This document shows positions 48,408 through 61,000 of a stretch of DNA of 64,000 nucleotides, piece after piece. The position numbers and the translations under genes are program-made. The notes below the pieces were generated by a model. That model saw only the letters and a list, made by a program, of their open reading frames with translations. It had not been told where the DNA came from and did no database searches. Position 1 is the first letter of the stretch. Each line of letters starts with the position of its first letter. Location of the stretch: the NCBI GenBank assembly GCA_973895155.1, contig OZ316899.1, forward strand, positions 5,583,241-5,647,240, written 5' to 3'. The stretch comes from Marsupella aquatica. Its lineage: Eukaryota; Plantae; Marchantiophyta.

Positions 48408-51138
48408 TTCCCAATCACACCCCGACTACAACATCTTTATTGACGGAAACATTTATCATCACTTCAAATGTGGCATGTTGAGAACAAATCTCCACCAGAG
48501 ATTATGCGATATCACCACGATAGTCTAGCATGGAAGCACGTCGACAGCACTTGGCCAGATTTTTCTAGGGAGCCAAGGAATGTTCGATTGAGGTTAGCAA
48601 TAGATGGGGTAAACCCATACAAGCAACGACGGAAGCCTAAGTCCATATGGCCAGCTCTTTTTGCTCAATCAAAATATCCCTCCATGTTGGCAATGAAGAA
48701 GGGTCATGTTCTCCTCCTTGCTATCATTCCAGGTCCTCAGGCCTATAAGAATCCAAACATTTGTTTGGCTCCAGCTTATGAAGAGTTGCAAAAGCTATGG
48801 GAGTTTGGGGCAGTGACCACAGATGTGACTCGTACACCAGATAATGGGAGGACATTAATATGAGAGCAATGATCACCCATTGCACCACGAACGGTCCAGG
48901 TAATTCTCAGTCATAGCAATATTTCAGACATGCATTGTGCATGGTTCTATTGCATTGCCAATGGTTTTTGGCCTGAACGTTTTAAATTTCATTCACATGT
49001 ATGGGCACAATATCTAGCTTGAAGGTGGCCGGTTATTCAACTTGCCCTTCATGTGGTCTTGAGTTTCATGGGAGATACTCTAAGCGTTTGCACACAAAAC
49101 CACATATGAGGGCAGTAGGGTCCGTTTGCCAATGGACGATATCTTGCAACATAACACCACACATTGGGCTAGGACTCAAGTTAGGCCATGTCCCAATGGG
49201 CCTTCAGCTGAGGGTCAAATTCAAATGGTAGAGAAAGTGGAGGCAAAGTTACTTCAACCTAAGCACTATGGTGACAATCGTAGTTCAACTTTGTGGGACT
49301 TGCCTTATTGGAGGGTAAGTAAAATTAGATTGGACCTATTTTAAGTTAGTGACTTGTAGTATTCTCTTTATGAGTTTCTCACTAGCAAAACCTGGTTCTT
49401 CATCTTGCAGAGACTCCAGATCCGATGGTTGTTGGACCCCATGCATATTGAAGTAAATGTTGCCAAGAATCTGGTGAAGCACATTTATGAGAGGAATGAT
49501 ACTCGTGGGGTCCAAGAGGATCAAATCAGGTTGGAGTGGTGAAGAGTTGTTGGATAACTCGAGATGGGGAGAAGCCACCTGCTCCTTGGGTTTTGCCAAA
49601 AGAGATTTTGAAGGAGATGAATGGGATGATATGTGAAATGAAGTTCCCTAGCCATTACGGAGCCGGCTTCCGTGGGTGCACTACAAGGGATGACCACATA
49701 CCCCCAATAGGCTTGAAGTCTCACAATTATCACAAGTTGATTCAGCATGTGTTACCTGCTATCTTGCGTTGTTGCAATGATTCTAGAGAGCGAAGCCTAC
49801 TCCGACTCACAGTATATGAGATGTGCTCCATTTTCAGGTTAGCATAGTCTTGTTGGCATATATTTATGTTATGATCATTGCATATGTTTATGATACTAAT
49901 AACTTGACAAAATTTTGAGTACCCCATATAGGTGGGTATGTGCCAAGGAAATAAAGGAGAGTGAGATTCCCGAGATGAGGGAACGGTCGGCCCGTGTTAT
50001 GTGCAATATGGAGAAGGTGTTTCCCCCATGTATTTTTGACATGCAATTGCATTTGCTATGTCATTTGGTGGATGAGGTAGCCATTGCTGGTCCAGTGCAT
50101 GCGCGGTGGATGTATTGGGTAGAGCGGTTCATGAAAGTGCTCAAGTCTTGGGTGCACCAACCCGCTCGACTAGAGGGAAGTATGGCAACAGGGTATATTA
50201 TGTCGGAGTGCCTGTTCTACTCAAGCGGGGTGATAGGGAGTTTGGACACACAGGCTCCCACAGCTTGGGAAGAGGCACAAGATGATGACAATGGTGGGTT
50301 GCAAGTGATGGGCGCATCAAAGAAGCGATCATTACATGGAGATATTTTTTGCCGACAGATCCACAATTATGTGCTAGAAAACCGCACTGAGATGTCAGAT
50401 TGGAGAGAGTTGTATAGGTACAACGTAATCCTTCATGTTGAGTCCTACTTAGATTTAAAATGTACATTCAGGGTTGTGGGCACAAATTAAGGTCTAATGT
50501 ATATGTGACCCCGTACTTGCAAGGCATGGGTGGAGCAGTAGCGGATAGGGGCAACACAAGAGCATGTTCATGCATCATTTTGCATATGGGCATTGGAGCG
50601 CATGGAGGGGCTCCTTGCAAGGCATGGCCCTACATTCATTCCCATTGATGTACAGAACATCATTAGGTGGCCTTCGTTGTGGGCTATGACTCATACTCAC
50701 ATGTATGAGTTAGGGCACCACTTTCGGACTTGGAGGACAAACCATATGAAGAAGAGTACTTGTAACTTTGGATTATATATGGTGACCGATGTAGGTGATG
50801 TTGAGGTTCCTTATTGTGGCATTGTCTTGGATATTTTGGATGTTAGTTTTGGCCCGTTTACCACCACGGTGTTAGAGGTGAGGTGGCACAAGTCCATCAT
50901 GTCACCTCCAGCAAGAGCTACCATGGTAAAGGATGAGTGTGGATTTTATCGTGTGGACACGACCTGTGTTGCACCAAGCGGGACTGAGTTTAGTGACACT
51001 ATAGTTTTTCCTAGCCAAGTGGATCAATGCATTATGGTTCCGATGCACACCATGGGAGGATGGTCCATTGTGATTCCCATCTTTCCACGCCGTAGGAAGG
51101 GCTTCGTGCCATCAGCTGTTGCAGACAATGAGGATTGA
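48408..51138 (+). pseudogene. CACTA TnpD transposase pseudogene (Transposase_21, DUF4218, DUF4216), spliced, 5'-truncated
   Basis: FPITPRLQHLY..WH; DSLAWKHVD..PDFSREPRNVRL..DGVNPY; GLKSHNYH; FPPCIFDMQLHL..GPVHARWMYWVERFM; VPYCGIV..KDECGF..FPSQVDQ..WSIV. No TIR found. Confidence 0.93.
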
Positions 51139-54100
51139 CATGATAGACTCATTATCCACATTTGTATTGACTATTGTCACGGTTCTCATATAAACAGACA
51201 TATTTCATGGCCTAGGCATCTGTCAATTTGGAGAGTGGGATGGGCTTGTTAATCACTTGGTAAAGAAACAAGTAACAACCATACATTTATGCACATGATC
51301 CCGACCTTTGTTTGGTAGAGAGCACTAAGGGATTTATGGTCAGAGTTGAGCTTGCGGGGCAAGGTGAGGTTGGGCCTCATTGTAGTCTAGGGTAGATCAT
51401 TGTTAGGCCTACTAGCTCAGAAGTCGAGTCAACTATGTATGCAAAACCCGACATTTTGAAGTAGGGGTGTGAGATTTGTATGTGCCACCACGAATGAAGT
51501 GCAGTGAAGGAGGTGGAGTGAGGATTGAGTTTGCAAGACAAGTATAGGATTGGTTTGACTCACTCCAGATTTGAGTGAGTTGAGCTCAGGTTCACGACGC
51601 TAGAAGAAACCAAGCTATTCTTAGACCTTGCCTTACATGACTTGTGCGAGACCTTAGCAAATAAGTGACTCCAAAGTTGTTGGTGTCATGTTAGTCACAC
51701 CTTGCTGATTGGGTTTTGGTGAAGTTTTGGGGAGTCATGTTTTCAACTATTTGGAGAGTTGCAACTACAACTCAATTGAGGCAATTACGTTGAAGTTATA
51801 CACGTGACTCTACAATATAGAATTATAGTTGAGAGCACAACTTTTTGAACCTACCACCCTAAACCCTAAATTATGGGATCCGACCCAATACATATGATTT
51901 TGGATACACCTATATAATTAGATTACTCTATTTAAACATGGTTAAGTCATGCATTTTAACCATTAGGGAGAGTTCCATCATTATTCCAGGTCAAGAAAAT
52001 TGCTCATAAGCACCCATTAATTTAGACACCATGCCATCATGCCCCCATTCAACCGCAAAAAGGCTTCATGAAAGGCATCGGAGCCTAACTAGGTGCTTTC
52101 TTCTAGTCTCTAATTGGTGCATACACTATTGGCCGTGGTGACATCCAATTTCAGCCTCACATATGCAAGGGCAGGTTATTTTTACTTATATTGCCATGCC
52201 CTACAATTAACATGTAGCCCCCCTCCACACATCGTTCCATGTGAACCGGGAATAGCTCTGGAACCTTCATGTACTCCCCTCCATGCATGTTACATACCCA
52301 ATAACGGCACCCCACACACTATGCTGATGGAATTAGCATAAGAACTTGTGACAGTACTTACCTTAATCAAGCAAGGATCTGACGGTTGTAAACTCAATGA
52401 AAGGATGATCTGACAGTTCAAAACAAATATGCGCACATTAAACCAGGTTAGGGTTTATTCCTTCACGGCAATCGCCAATTTGCCTTGGATTCCTTTGGAT
52501 TTGTGGACGAGGAGCTGATGCTGCATTATTTGCAAGGGAAAAAAGGGGGCATTTTGTCACTAAGGCAGAAGCTGCATCAACAAATTTTGCAATCCCGACT
52601 GCAATGTGAGTAGTAGGAGGCGAGAAGAGCGAGTTTTGGGCGCTGCATCGACAAAATAGAATGTGAGTAGTAGGCAACAAGAGCAATTATGTGTTGCATC
52701 AACAATAGGCATTGTGGGAGGCACTGTGGGAGGCACTCATTCCTTCAAGCTGGGCAATTTGATGTCCAGCTACAACCTGGGATCAAGAACCAAGAGCTTT
52801 TCATTGTGGTTTGGCGTGCATTTGGATTGTTCTTGCAAAGTTGAACTCCAGGCCCAGAGACATTGCATCAATCGCCTTTGGATGTACATTGCATCGATTG
52901 CCTTTGGATGTACCCTTTGGATGTCTGACTAGGAGACTTTCAAGTGGAGTTGGATTGAAAGTGAGTTGAACATTGAGTTGCCGTCACATTGCAACAGTGA
53001 GGGATTGTTGGTCAGCTTCAATCACATACCTCGCGGCTGCAAGTTTGGTTGATTCTAAAAATGACTGTGGGCTGCAGTTGGTGAGGTGGAAGGGATACGC
53101 AAACGTGCTACCGTCATTGAAGACATTTCAACCTTCCATAGTGAGCGCTATTGACATTCGGCCGGCTGTAAGTGTATTTATGGGTTGCGCTGATTGGTTT
53201 GAGTGAATGTGAGTTGCGACCGACCCAAGCTGCACTCTACAACCAGTACGCAAAGGGAGCTCAATCTTATTTGTGTCCTCAGACTCTGATACAACGGACG
53301 GATAGCACTCACATTTACCGAGTGTCTTTCAGTGAGTGCATGAATTTTTGTCTAGGCCCTAACCTCCCAGGCATGTAAGGTGTATGCCCATCTCTTTGTG
53401 TCACCCCTTTGGTGTTGTTAACTCCACTTGTACAATGAAGAGGACCAACTGTCTTCTTGTCATTATTTAGACATCTTGTTCTCTTCCTGATAAATTGCCG
53501 CACCTTCTGAAGAAAGTCACCATCTCTCTTGGCAAAACTAGATCATACCCCAGCCTTTTGTGATTCCTCAGTTTCATTAGTGTGTCAATCACACCCTCAC
53601 TTCTCATACCATAGTTGCCTTCCCTGTCAACATCGCTCTCATTGGAGCTGAAATCATCTTCTCGTGTCCTTCATATATAGCATCTGCTTAACATTTGTGT
53701 AACCGGGAGTTACTTGGCCCTATGAGTTTTTCATTGTTTGCCTGTGGTGCTGGCATTTTTGTCACACTCGTTCTCATTCCGCAGTGCACTATTTGCAATT
53801 CAATTATCCTTCAGAATTCTGTCAAAAGGTGAAGTATTAGTAAGTCAGACTACATTTCCCCTTTGCTCACAATTTCATTTCATAATCGCCTATGTGTTGG
53901 AGCATTCCGCAAACTCTCACGGTTTGCTTATGGCCATTATTTGCATAGCAGTAGTGCTAACTAAGCGAAGGTGCAACTGTGGTGGAGATATGCCGAGCTG
54001 AGCTAAGCTGAATCTTAGCAGGTCCTCATCAACTGAGTGCAGGTTGGACTAAAGTGAGCATTGCTGTTCAGAGAGGAAGCTACTGAGTGTGTGGAGCTGC

Positions 54101-55289
54101 AATTGACATTTGGTACTACTTGCTGATTTTGTTGGAGCTTCATTTGCGCAAGCTGGGTGTATTCTGACCTTGAAGCTACCGGGGCCGCTACTGGAAGGTA
54201 CTATTGCTCTTGACTACCTTGACTACCATGCCGAATATATGCATCAATTGTTGTTTTTCTTTTGGACCTCAAACGTGCTGGGTTGTGCTGATTGGCAAGC
54301 TGCAACTAGCAGGGTTTGAGTGAATGTGAATTGGGCCCTAGTATTTTGGTGCTGCATTGCTCCTCCCATGTTTGATTGGGCCCATTGATGACCTGTTCAT
54401 TGACGGAACTACCGAGTCTGCAAAGCTGTTGAGTGTGCTGACTGCTTGTTTTGCTGGACCTGCAATCGCATAACATTGTGTATTGTGACCTTGTTGCTAA
54501 CATCTAACTTTTGAAGGTTTTGGCTGCAAGGAGCTGAGAAGACATGTTGCTCTAAGAAGTATCAAGAATTGAGTAAGTTATTCGGTAAGGGCAAAAAGAA
54601 GTTATAATATTCGGCAAGTTGGGCTGGAGGAATGACCAATACTTTTGAGCAATATGTTTTTCTAAGACTCATGCTATAGGTGCTAGGTAGTCCCTGGTCA
54701 CACATAAAAGTTATGAAGTCAAGTGAGGTCTTAACCTAAGAGTTTTGAGTATTCTGGCAAAACTTAAAATAACCAACTAGTGAGTCCTAGAGAAAATAGC
54801 TAAGGGGTAAATTTTGTGGGTTCAAGTTTAGCACAGCCCATAATATCTTTGGAATATCTTAGAAGTACTTGGTCACCTTTTCTTACTTTTTGGGAGCATC
54901 TCAAAGTTAAGGAAAAGTAGTGCATATTATAGATATATATGGGCAAACTTAGGTAATTTTAGAAAAGTTATTATGAAATATTTAGCAAGTTGGATAAATT
55001 TAGGAGGGAGTCCTATGTCCAAGGATTCCAAGGATATACTCAAAAGTTTTTTTTGACTTATGGGTGATTTTTTTTTGTGGGGGGGGGGGGAGGGGGTGGC
55101 CAAAACGGCTAGGGAATGTTGTTTTTTTCCAAAAAAAGAAACGAACATTTTTCTGTGTAAGCCACGTCAACGGCGACCATGTGGCAAGCATGAGGAGAGG
55201 AGAAGCAAGCAACGAGGCAGGGGAGAAGCAAACACAAGGTAAGGTAGAGCCATACAGGTCAAGCAAGAGGTGGGCTAATTGAAGGGCTG

Positions 55290-55700
55290 CTTGTTTAGGA
55301 GGAATAGGCAGCTACAAAATTGAGAAGAGATGGTTGGCTGCTGCTCATCAAAATAGGCTGCTATTGATCTGAATAGGCAGCTGCAAAATTTAGAAGAGAG
55401 GATGCTGGCTGGCTGATTGAGAAGAGAGGCTCTTGGCTAGCTGAGTGCGGAATCAAGCTGGCTGTTGAGAAGGAATTAAGCTGGGTGCTGCTGCAAAATT
55501 GAATTGAAGAGCTATGCTACTGGCTGGTGAATAGGCTGCTGCTAATCATAATAGACAGCTACAAAATTGAGGAGAGGAGAGCTGGCTGCATCAATATTGC
55601 TTGAGAAGGAGTATAGCTCTGGCTGGCCATGGGCTATGGTGGCTGCAAATTGACTTAATGGTGGGCTACTAGCTATGGAGAATTGACATGCTGCTGCAAT
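55290..55700. repeat. Irregular AATAGGC(A/T)GCT.CAAAATT minisatellite-like tract
   Basis: The motif recurs at ~55302, 55352, 55372, 55530 and 55550. Confidence 0.65.
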
Positions 55701-55756
55701 CCTGCTTGAAGAAACGAGTCACACATTCTTTTTCTCCTTAGTAAACTTCATTCCTT

Positions 55757-55916
55757 TATAAGAATGTGGTCCTTATGAGAGAGTCTTCCCTGGTGACACC
55801 TAGAATCCCCATAAGGGGCGTGTAAAGCTTAAGTGTATAAGAATGTGGTCCTTATGAGAGAGTCTTCCCTGGTGACACCTAGAATCCCCATAAGGGGCGT
55901 GTAAAGCTTAAGTGTA
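55757..55916. repeat. Perfect 79-bp tandem duplication
   Basis: TATAAGAATGTGG...GCTTAAGTG at 55757 and 55836, identical. Confidence 0.95.
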
Positions 55917-57067
55917 AATGGGATTCTGTTTACACTTACTTTACATCCAAAATGGCCAAATGAAAATAGACATAACTTGGGCTAGGGGCATCAATTGGGG
56001 CCCAAATTTTTTTGTGTTGAGTCAATGGAAGGTAAAGCATCCATTAGTGAAGGTGGAAACCTAGGAAAAGAAACATCCAAAGATATTTTTAGCCCAGGCC
56101 AAAAGGGGGTCCCGACAACTTACAAACCGGAGCCGACATAGGGGAATGAACACCAGATTTAAGAACAGATCTCTAGAGAAGGGTACTTAACTTTGGGCAA
56201 AGATGCAAGGCCATTAGGGTAAGGAAAGTAAGTTGATAGGGCGGTTTACTTAGGGTAGTAATATGGGTTACAAGTAAAATAAGGTCAACTTTGACTAGAC
56301 ATGATTTGAGACTCACTCACTCTTTTTGAAGGCTTTCAAGTGGGCTGGAAAGCTGGTGAAGAAAACCATAAGTGGGAGCAGGTTTGGAGGTCAAAGCATG
56401 CAACTCATGTGTGACATATTCCAGGGCTTGGAAGAAGTCAAAATAACAGGTTGTAGAGTGGGCTATGAACTAAAGATTTGGACTTTTTGTGTTAGGAGGA
56501 CTTGGGGGAGGTGTAATTGGACCCCAAGTCAAGCTTGGTGTGGTGTGGAAGGAGAATAGTATATAAGGTAGAAGTTTTCCTTTGTTAAGAGTCCATAATT
56601 CTGAGTTTTCAAAGTAGAGGCTCTACCTTGCTAAGTTTGGGCTAAGCTTGAGAAGGAGATGAGGTCCATACTTAGTGTAAGGATTTTGTAGAAGATATTT
56701 TGTTGTAAGGATTGAGTAGGCAATGAAAGGAGTCTACCAATCTTTATTGTGACCATTAAGTGTGAGGGAATTTGAGTGTATGAGAGCAAGAGAGGAGTCC
56801 ATGTTAGGGTGCAATCTTGGTCTAAGCTTGAAGGGGATGTGCTGGTACACAACCAAGGTCAGGGAGGCAAGATTAAGGTGGAGCACTACTTTGGGACTTA
56901 GAGAGGATTGTATCCCAAGGGTGGAAAGTACCTTGCCTTGAGTGGTGGACCTGGCCACCCAACGCCCTCACCAATCCCAACACTCATGCCTAAGTGCCCC
57001 TGGTGCCCGATTTAGGATCAGCTTCTGAGAGTTCCTCCATTCTCAGATCATCAGGTTCTGAATCAGC

Positions 57068-57363
57068 CTATGATTGTTCCACATCCAATTCCTCTAATAA
57101 TACAATCCTTTTCGCCTTCTCTTGTGGGAGCAAACAATCCCCATACCAATAGAGATGACTGAGGTAAACTGGGAGATAAGTGGACTTACCATTTTGTACA
57201 ACATTGATTTGACTGAGAATGGTTTGTCTTAGCAACAATCCCCAATTAACTTCAACAAGCCCTTTCCAGGAAGTGACAAATGTGTTCGCCAAAGATACAG
57301 GTACCATGTATGGTCGGGTGGGATGAAAAATTGGTACCAAAAACCCAAGGATAATCTTGAAGG
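57068..57363 (-). pseudogene. Fragment of another accessory ORF with the plant-transposon-like domain, cut by the Bianca insertion
   Basis: FKIILGFLVPIFHP..VNWGLLL..I..Q...KSTYLPVYLSHLY...CLL..E aligns with FYDVLSFFLPLL/SWAKVL..I..Q...KTPTSLSCYLANIY...IL..E of 690..1265. Confidence 0.6.
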
Positions 57364-57506
57364 TGTTAGAACCCATAGGTTAAGTCGACTCTAGGGTAAG
57401 GTTTAACACCAAACCTTAGGTAGTTACTATTAAAGTAACCACCTCGATGTATAAAGACCTCACACATGAATGAGAAGAACAACATTATTTTGGTGGTGTT
57501 TCAACA

Positions 57507-57528
57507 CATTATCAGCACGATAACGCTC
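57507..57528 (+). promoter_or_regulatory. Half-tRNA-Ile PBS
   Basis: CATTATCAGCACGAtaaCGCTC is complementary to the anticodon arm / 5' half of tRNA-Ile(IAU). Confidence 0.75.
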
Positions 57529-58010
57529 CACAATTTTTTTCAAGGAAATCGATGTAGACCGGATGAGAGTGGCTCGGCTACAGATCAAGGAATTTTTTTT
57601 CTGATTGAGAAATCATTGGACGCGAGGGAGATTTCTCTTCTCCCTTTTAGACAATCTAAATTGGCACAAAAAAGGGGATCACAAATTCGAGGAGGATGAG
57701 AATGCAGTCCCCCCACGTTAAATGACACCACGAAGAGCATCCAACGATTAAAAACGGTTATTGGAGCAACGAATGCAACATTCACAACTGAGAATAGCAG
57801 AATTCCAAAGAAAAGAAACGACATTGATTGAGGTAAATTTACAATGCCCACTTCAAGCTCTGACACCAATCAAGATAATCCACTTCTTTCCTCTCCCTCC
57901 AAAATTTCAGAATTATACCATAGATTGAGACTTTACAATCATCAATTGAGACTTGGATCATAATTATCCTCCCCAAACATTGGGAACCAATATACAACCA
58001 GTGAAAGCAG

Positions 58011-61000
58011 ATGGCTACCAATACAATGGAAAAATTGCTCTTCCAGGCATTAAGCATTGACGGATCTAACTACCTATCATGGTCACTTGATGTAGAGGCG
58101 CATTTGACATCAAAGGACCTCCAAGATGCTACTCTAACGGACGCAGGACCAACACTTCAGCAAAAAGCTAAAGCTCTAATACTTATATGACATCATTTGG
58201 CAGAACCACTAAGGCGGCAATATATGAACAAATATAATCCTTGTATCCTATGGGATGAGCTGCAAGCACGGTTCGATCACACAAGGACGATATTCCTGCC
58301 CGCGGCACGGCACGACTAGGTAAACCCGCGAGTTCAAGATTTCAAAACAATTGCCGAATACAACTGAGTTATTCAGGATTACCTCGCAACTAGCCATCTG
58401 CAATCAACTGGTGGGAGACGAAGAACAAATCGAGAAAACCTTATCAACATTTCACTCAACAAACTGATCCTATCTACTCAATATCGGAACATGAGATTCA
58501 CCAAATACTCAAGATTAATGGCACACATGCTACTAGCAGAAAAGCATCAAATCCTCCTACTACAAAACACTAGAGAAAGACCCCCTGGAACCCTTCCCCC
58601 ACAGCCCAACACTGAAACACATTACACTGTACCCCAAAATACACAAAATAGGAACAAGAACCCATACAGAGAAAGAGGTCAATACCAAGGCAGAGGAATA
58701 TTCCGAGGCAAAGGAGGATATAACCAAGGGGGAGGAAGAAGACCACCATATGGAGGCAGGGGGAGATACAACAACGAAAGAACAACCTGAAGGAGAGGAT
58801 CCAGATACCCACAACAGAGAGACCAAGACAGAAGCAGCCAAAGAGGGAGACAAGACAACCCGATAACATGCTACAGGTGTGGAACTAGAGGCCATAGTTA
58901 CACAAAAGGTATGTCGCGCCCCAACCCACCTGGTAGCTCTATACAAAAAGAGCTTAACACAACCGGAATTTGAGACCCATGGAGCTTTCTAGAATATGCT
59001 GAAATCTTACCAGAAATCCACTTGGTAAACCAAAACCCAACCATGAATGAATTGGATTTTTGCATCGTTGATAATGGGACAACCCACACAATCCCGCGGG
59101 AGAGAAAATACTTTAGCAAAATAATCCCCTCCCAAAGACGAGTTACTACCATACTAGGCCAACACCAACTAGAGGAAGGATATGGACCTGCAATAATAAT
59201 ACTACCGAGAGGGACAATTTTCCACATCTCAGCAGCAATATACGCCCCAAAAGCCACAAGAAACTTGCTCAGTTTCAAAAACATACGTGCAAATAACCTG
59301 CACATACACACCAACATGATAAATACACAAGAAGTGTTACATATTATTGCCAAAACCCCCAATGGAAACAAAGTCAAAAAGACCTTCAATGCCTACCCTA
59401 CGGGATATTATGCCACAAAAACATAGAGTTACCACACTGCCATACAACCACCCTCAATCACAGACATATGGCACCAGAGACTGGGACACCCAGGCACAGG
59501 TATGTTTCACAGAATCATAAAGGACACACAGGCCGGGAATACCAAACACAATACATCCAAGATCCATAAAGACTCCATGCCTCGCCTACTCACAGGGAAA
59601 AATGATCACAAGACCATCACCAAGCAAAACAGACAAAAACATCCCGAACTTCTTGGAAAGACTCCATGCAGACGTATGCGGTCCCATACATCCACCTAGC
59701 GGCCCCTTCCGATTCTTCCTAGTGATCATTGATGCTTCCTCAAAGTGGTCACAAGTATCACTCCTGTCAACCAGAAACTTAGTGTTATCAAGGATATTGG
59801 CACATATCCTAAAATTGAAAGCACAATTCCCTGACAACCTGATAAGAACCCTCAGGGTTGACAATGCTGGCAAGTTTTCATCTCAGACATTCAAAGACTT
59901 ATGCACAATAGCAGGGATAAATATACATTACCCAGTAGCCCATGTCCACTTCTAGAACAGAATAGCCAAATCCCTCATCAAAAGGTTACAGATTATAGCC
60001 AGACCTCTATTGATGCAAACAAAACTCCCAACATCAGCATGGGGCCACGCAGTGCTCCATGCGGCTGCCCTCCTCCAGTACAGACCATCTGCATTCAACG
60101 ATGGGACGCCCCACCACCTAGCATTCGGAACAACTCCGAATATATCCCATTTAAGGACATTCAGATGCCAAGTATTAGTCCCAATCCTGGGCCCTAAGCG
60201 CACAAACATGGGGCCCCAGAGGCAGAAAGGGATTTACATAGGCTTCAACTCGACCTCCATCATCCGATACCTGGAACCAACAACAGCAGACGTATTCAAA
60301 GCAAGGTTCATGGATTGCCATTTTTACAAGCATATATTCCCTACACTAATAACAGGACCGAACACAGATACGAACATAAATACTGAGCTTGAATGGCAAA
60401 TACAATCTGCATTTTGGAACGATCCAAGAACAGCCCAAGTTGACACAGAAGTTCAGAGGATAATCCATCTTACCAAAATGATGGAACGACTGCCAGACTC
60501 CTTCGCAGATGTAGCAAAGGTGACACGCTCACATGTACCTGCAGCAAATACACCAGCAAGAATCGAACAAGAGGGCACACCCGCAACCAAGGCCCCACCA
60601 CGGGCCAAACGGGGATGCCCGATAGGGGCCACGGATCATCAACCATGCCAAAGAAGAACCATACCTACAGCAACTCAAAGACAGTCATCAACAACAATAC
60701 CAACTCAACCAACCACAAATATGGAGAATGACAAAATTGCTATAATTACCAACAAACGGGCCAAGTTTGGGATCGAGAAAATACCCAGATAGACAACCAG
60801 TTCGCATTCCAGATTTCATAGGTACTGGAAAAAGAATTACCAGACCCAAAGACAACAGCAGAAGCACAGAGACAACCTGACTGGCCCAAGTGGGAGAAGG
60901 CCATCAATTCGAAACTCAACTCACTAATCTCCAGACAAGTATTTGGAAGAATAACACCAGCAACCCCAAACATACACCTGACTGGCTACAAATGGACCTT

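Noticed and set aside
48414-48419. ATCACA as the inverted right end of a solo LTR starting TGTGAT at 43733
   Set aside because: No TSD, homology to copy 1 stops at 48407, and the bases belong to the TnpD codons F-P-I-T-P-R-L.
51855-51870. Telomeric CCCTAAA repeats
   Set aside because: Only two units; too short to call an interstitial telomere.
56980-57012. LTR end plus PBS (TGGTGCCCG)
   Set aside because: The candidate PBS is about 20 bp from the candidate LTR end, and no second LTR or gag follows.
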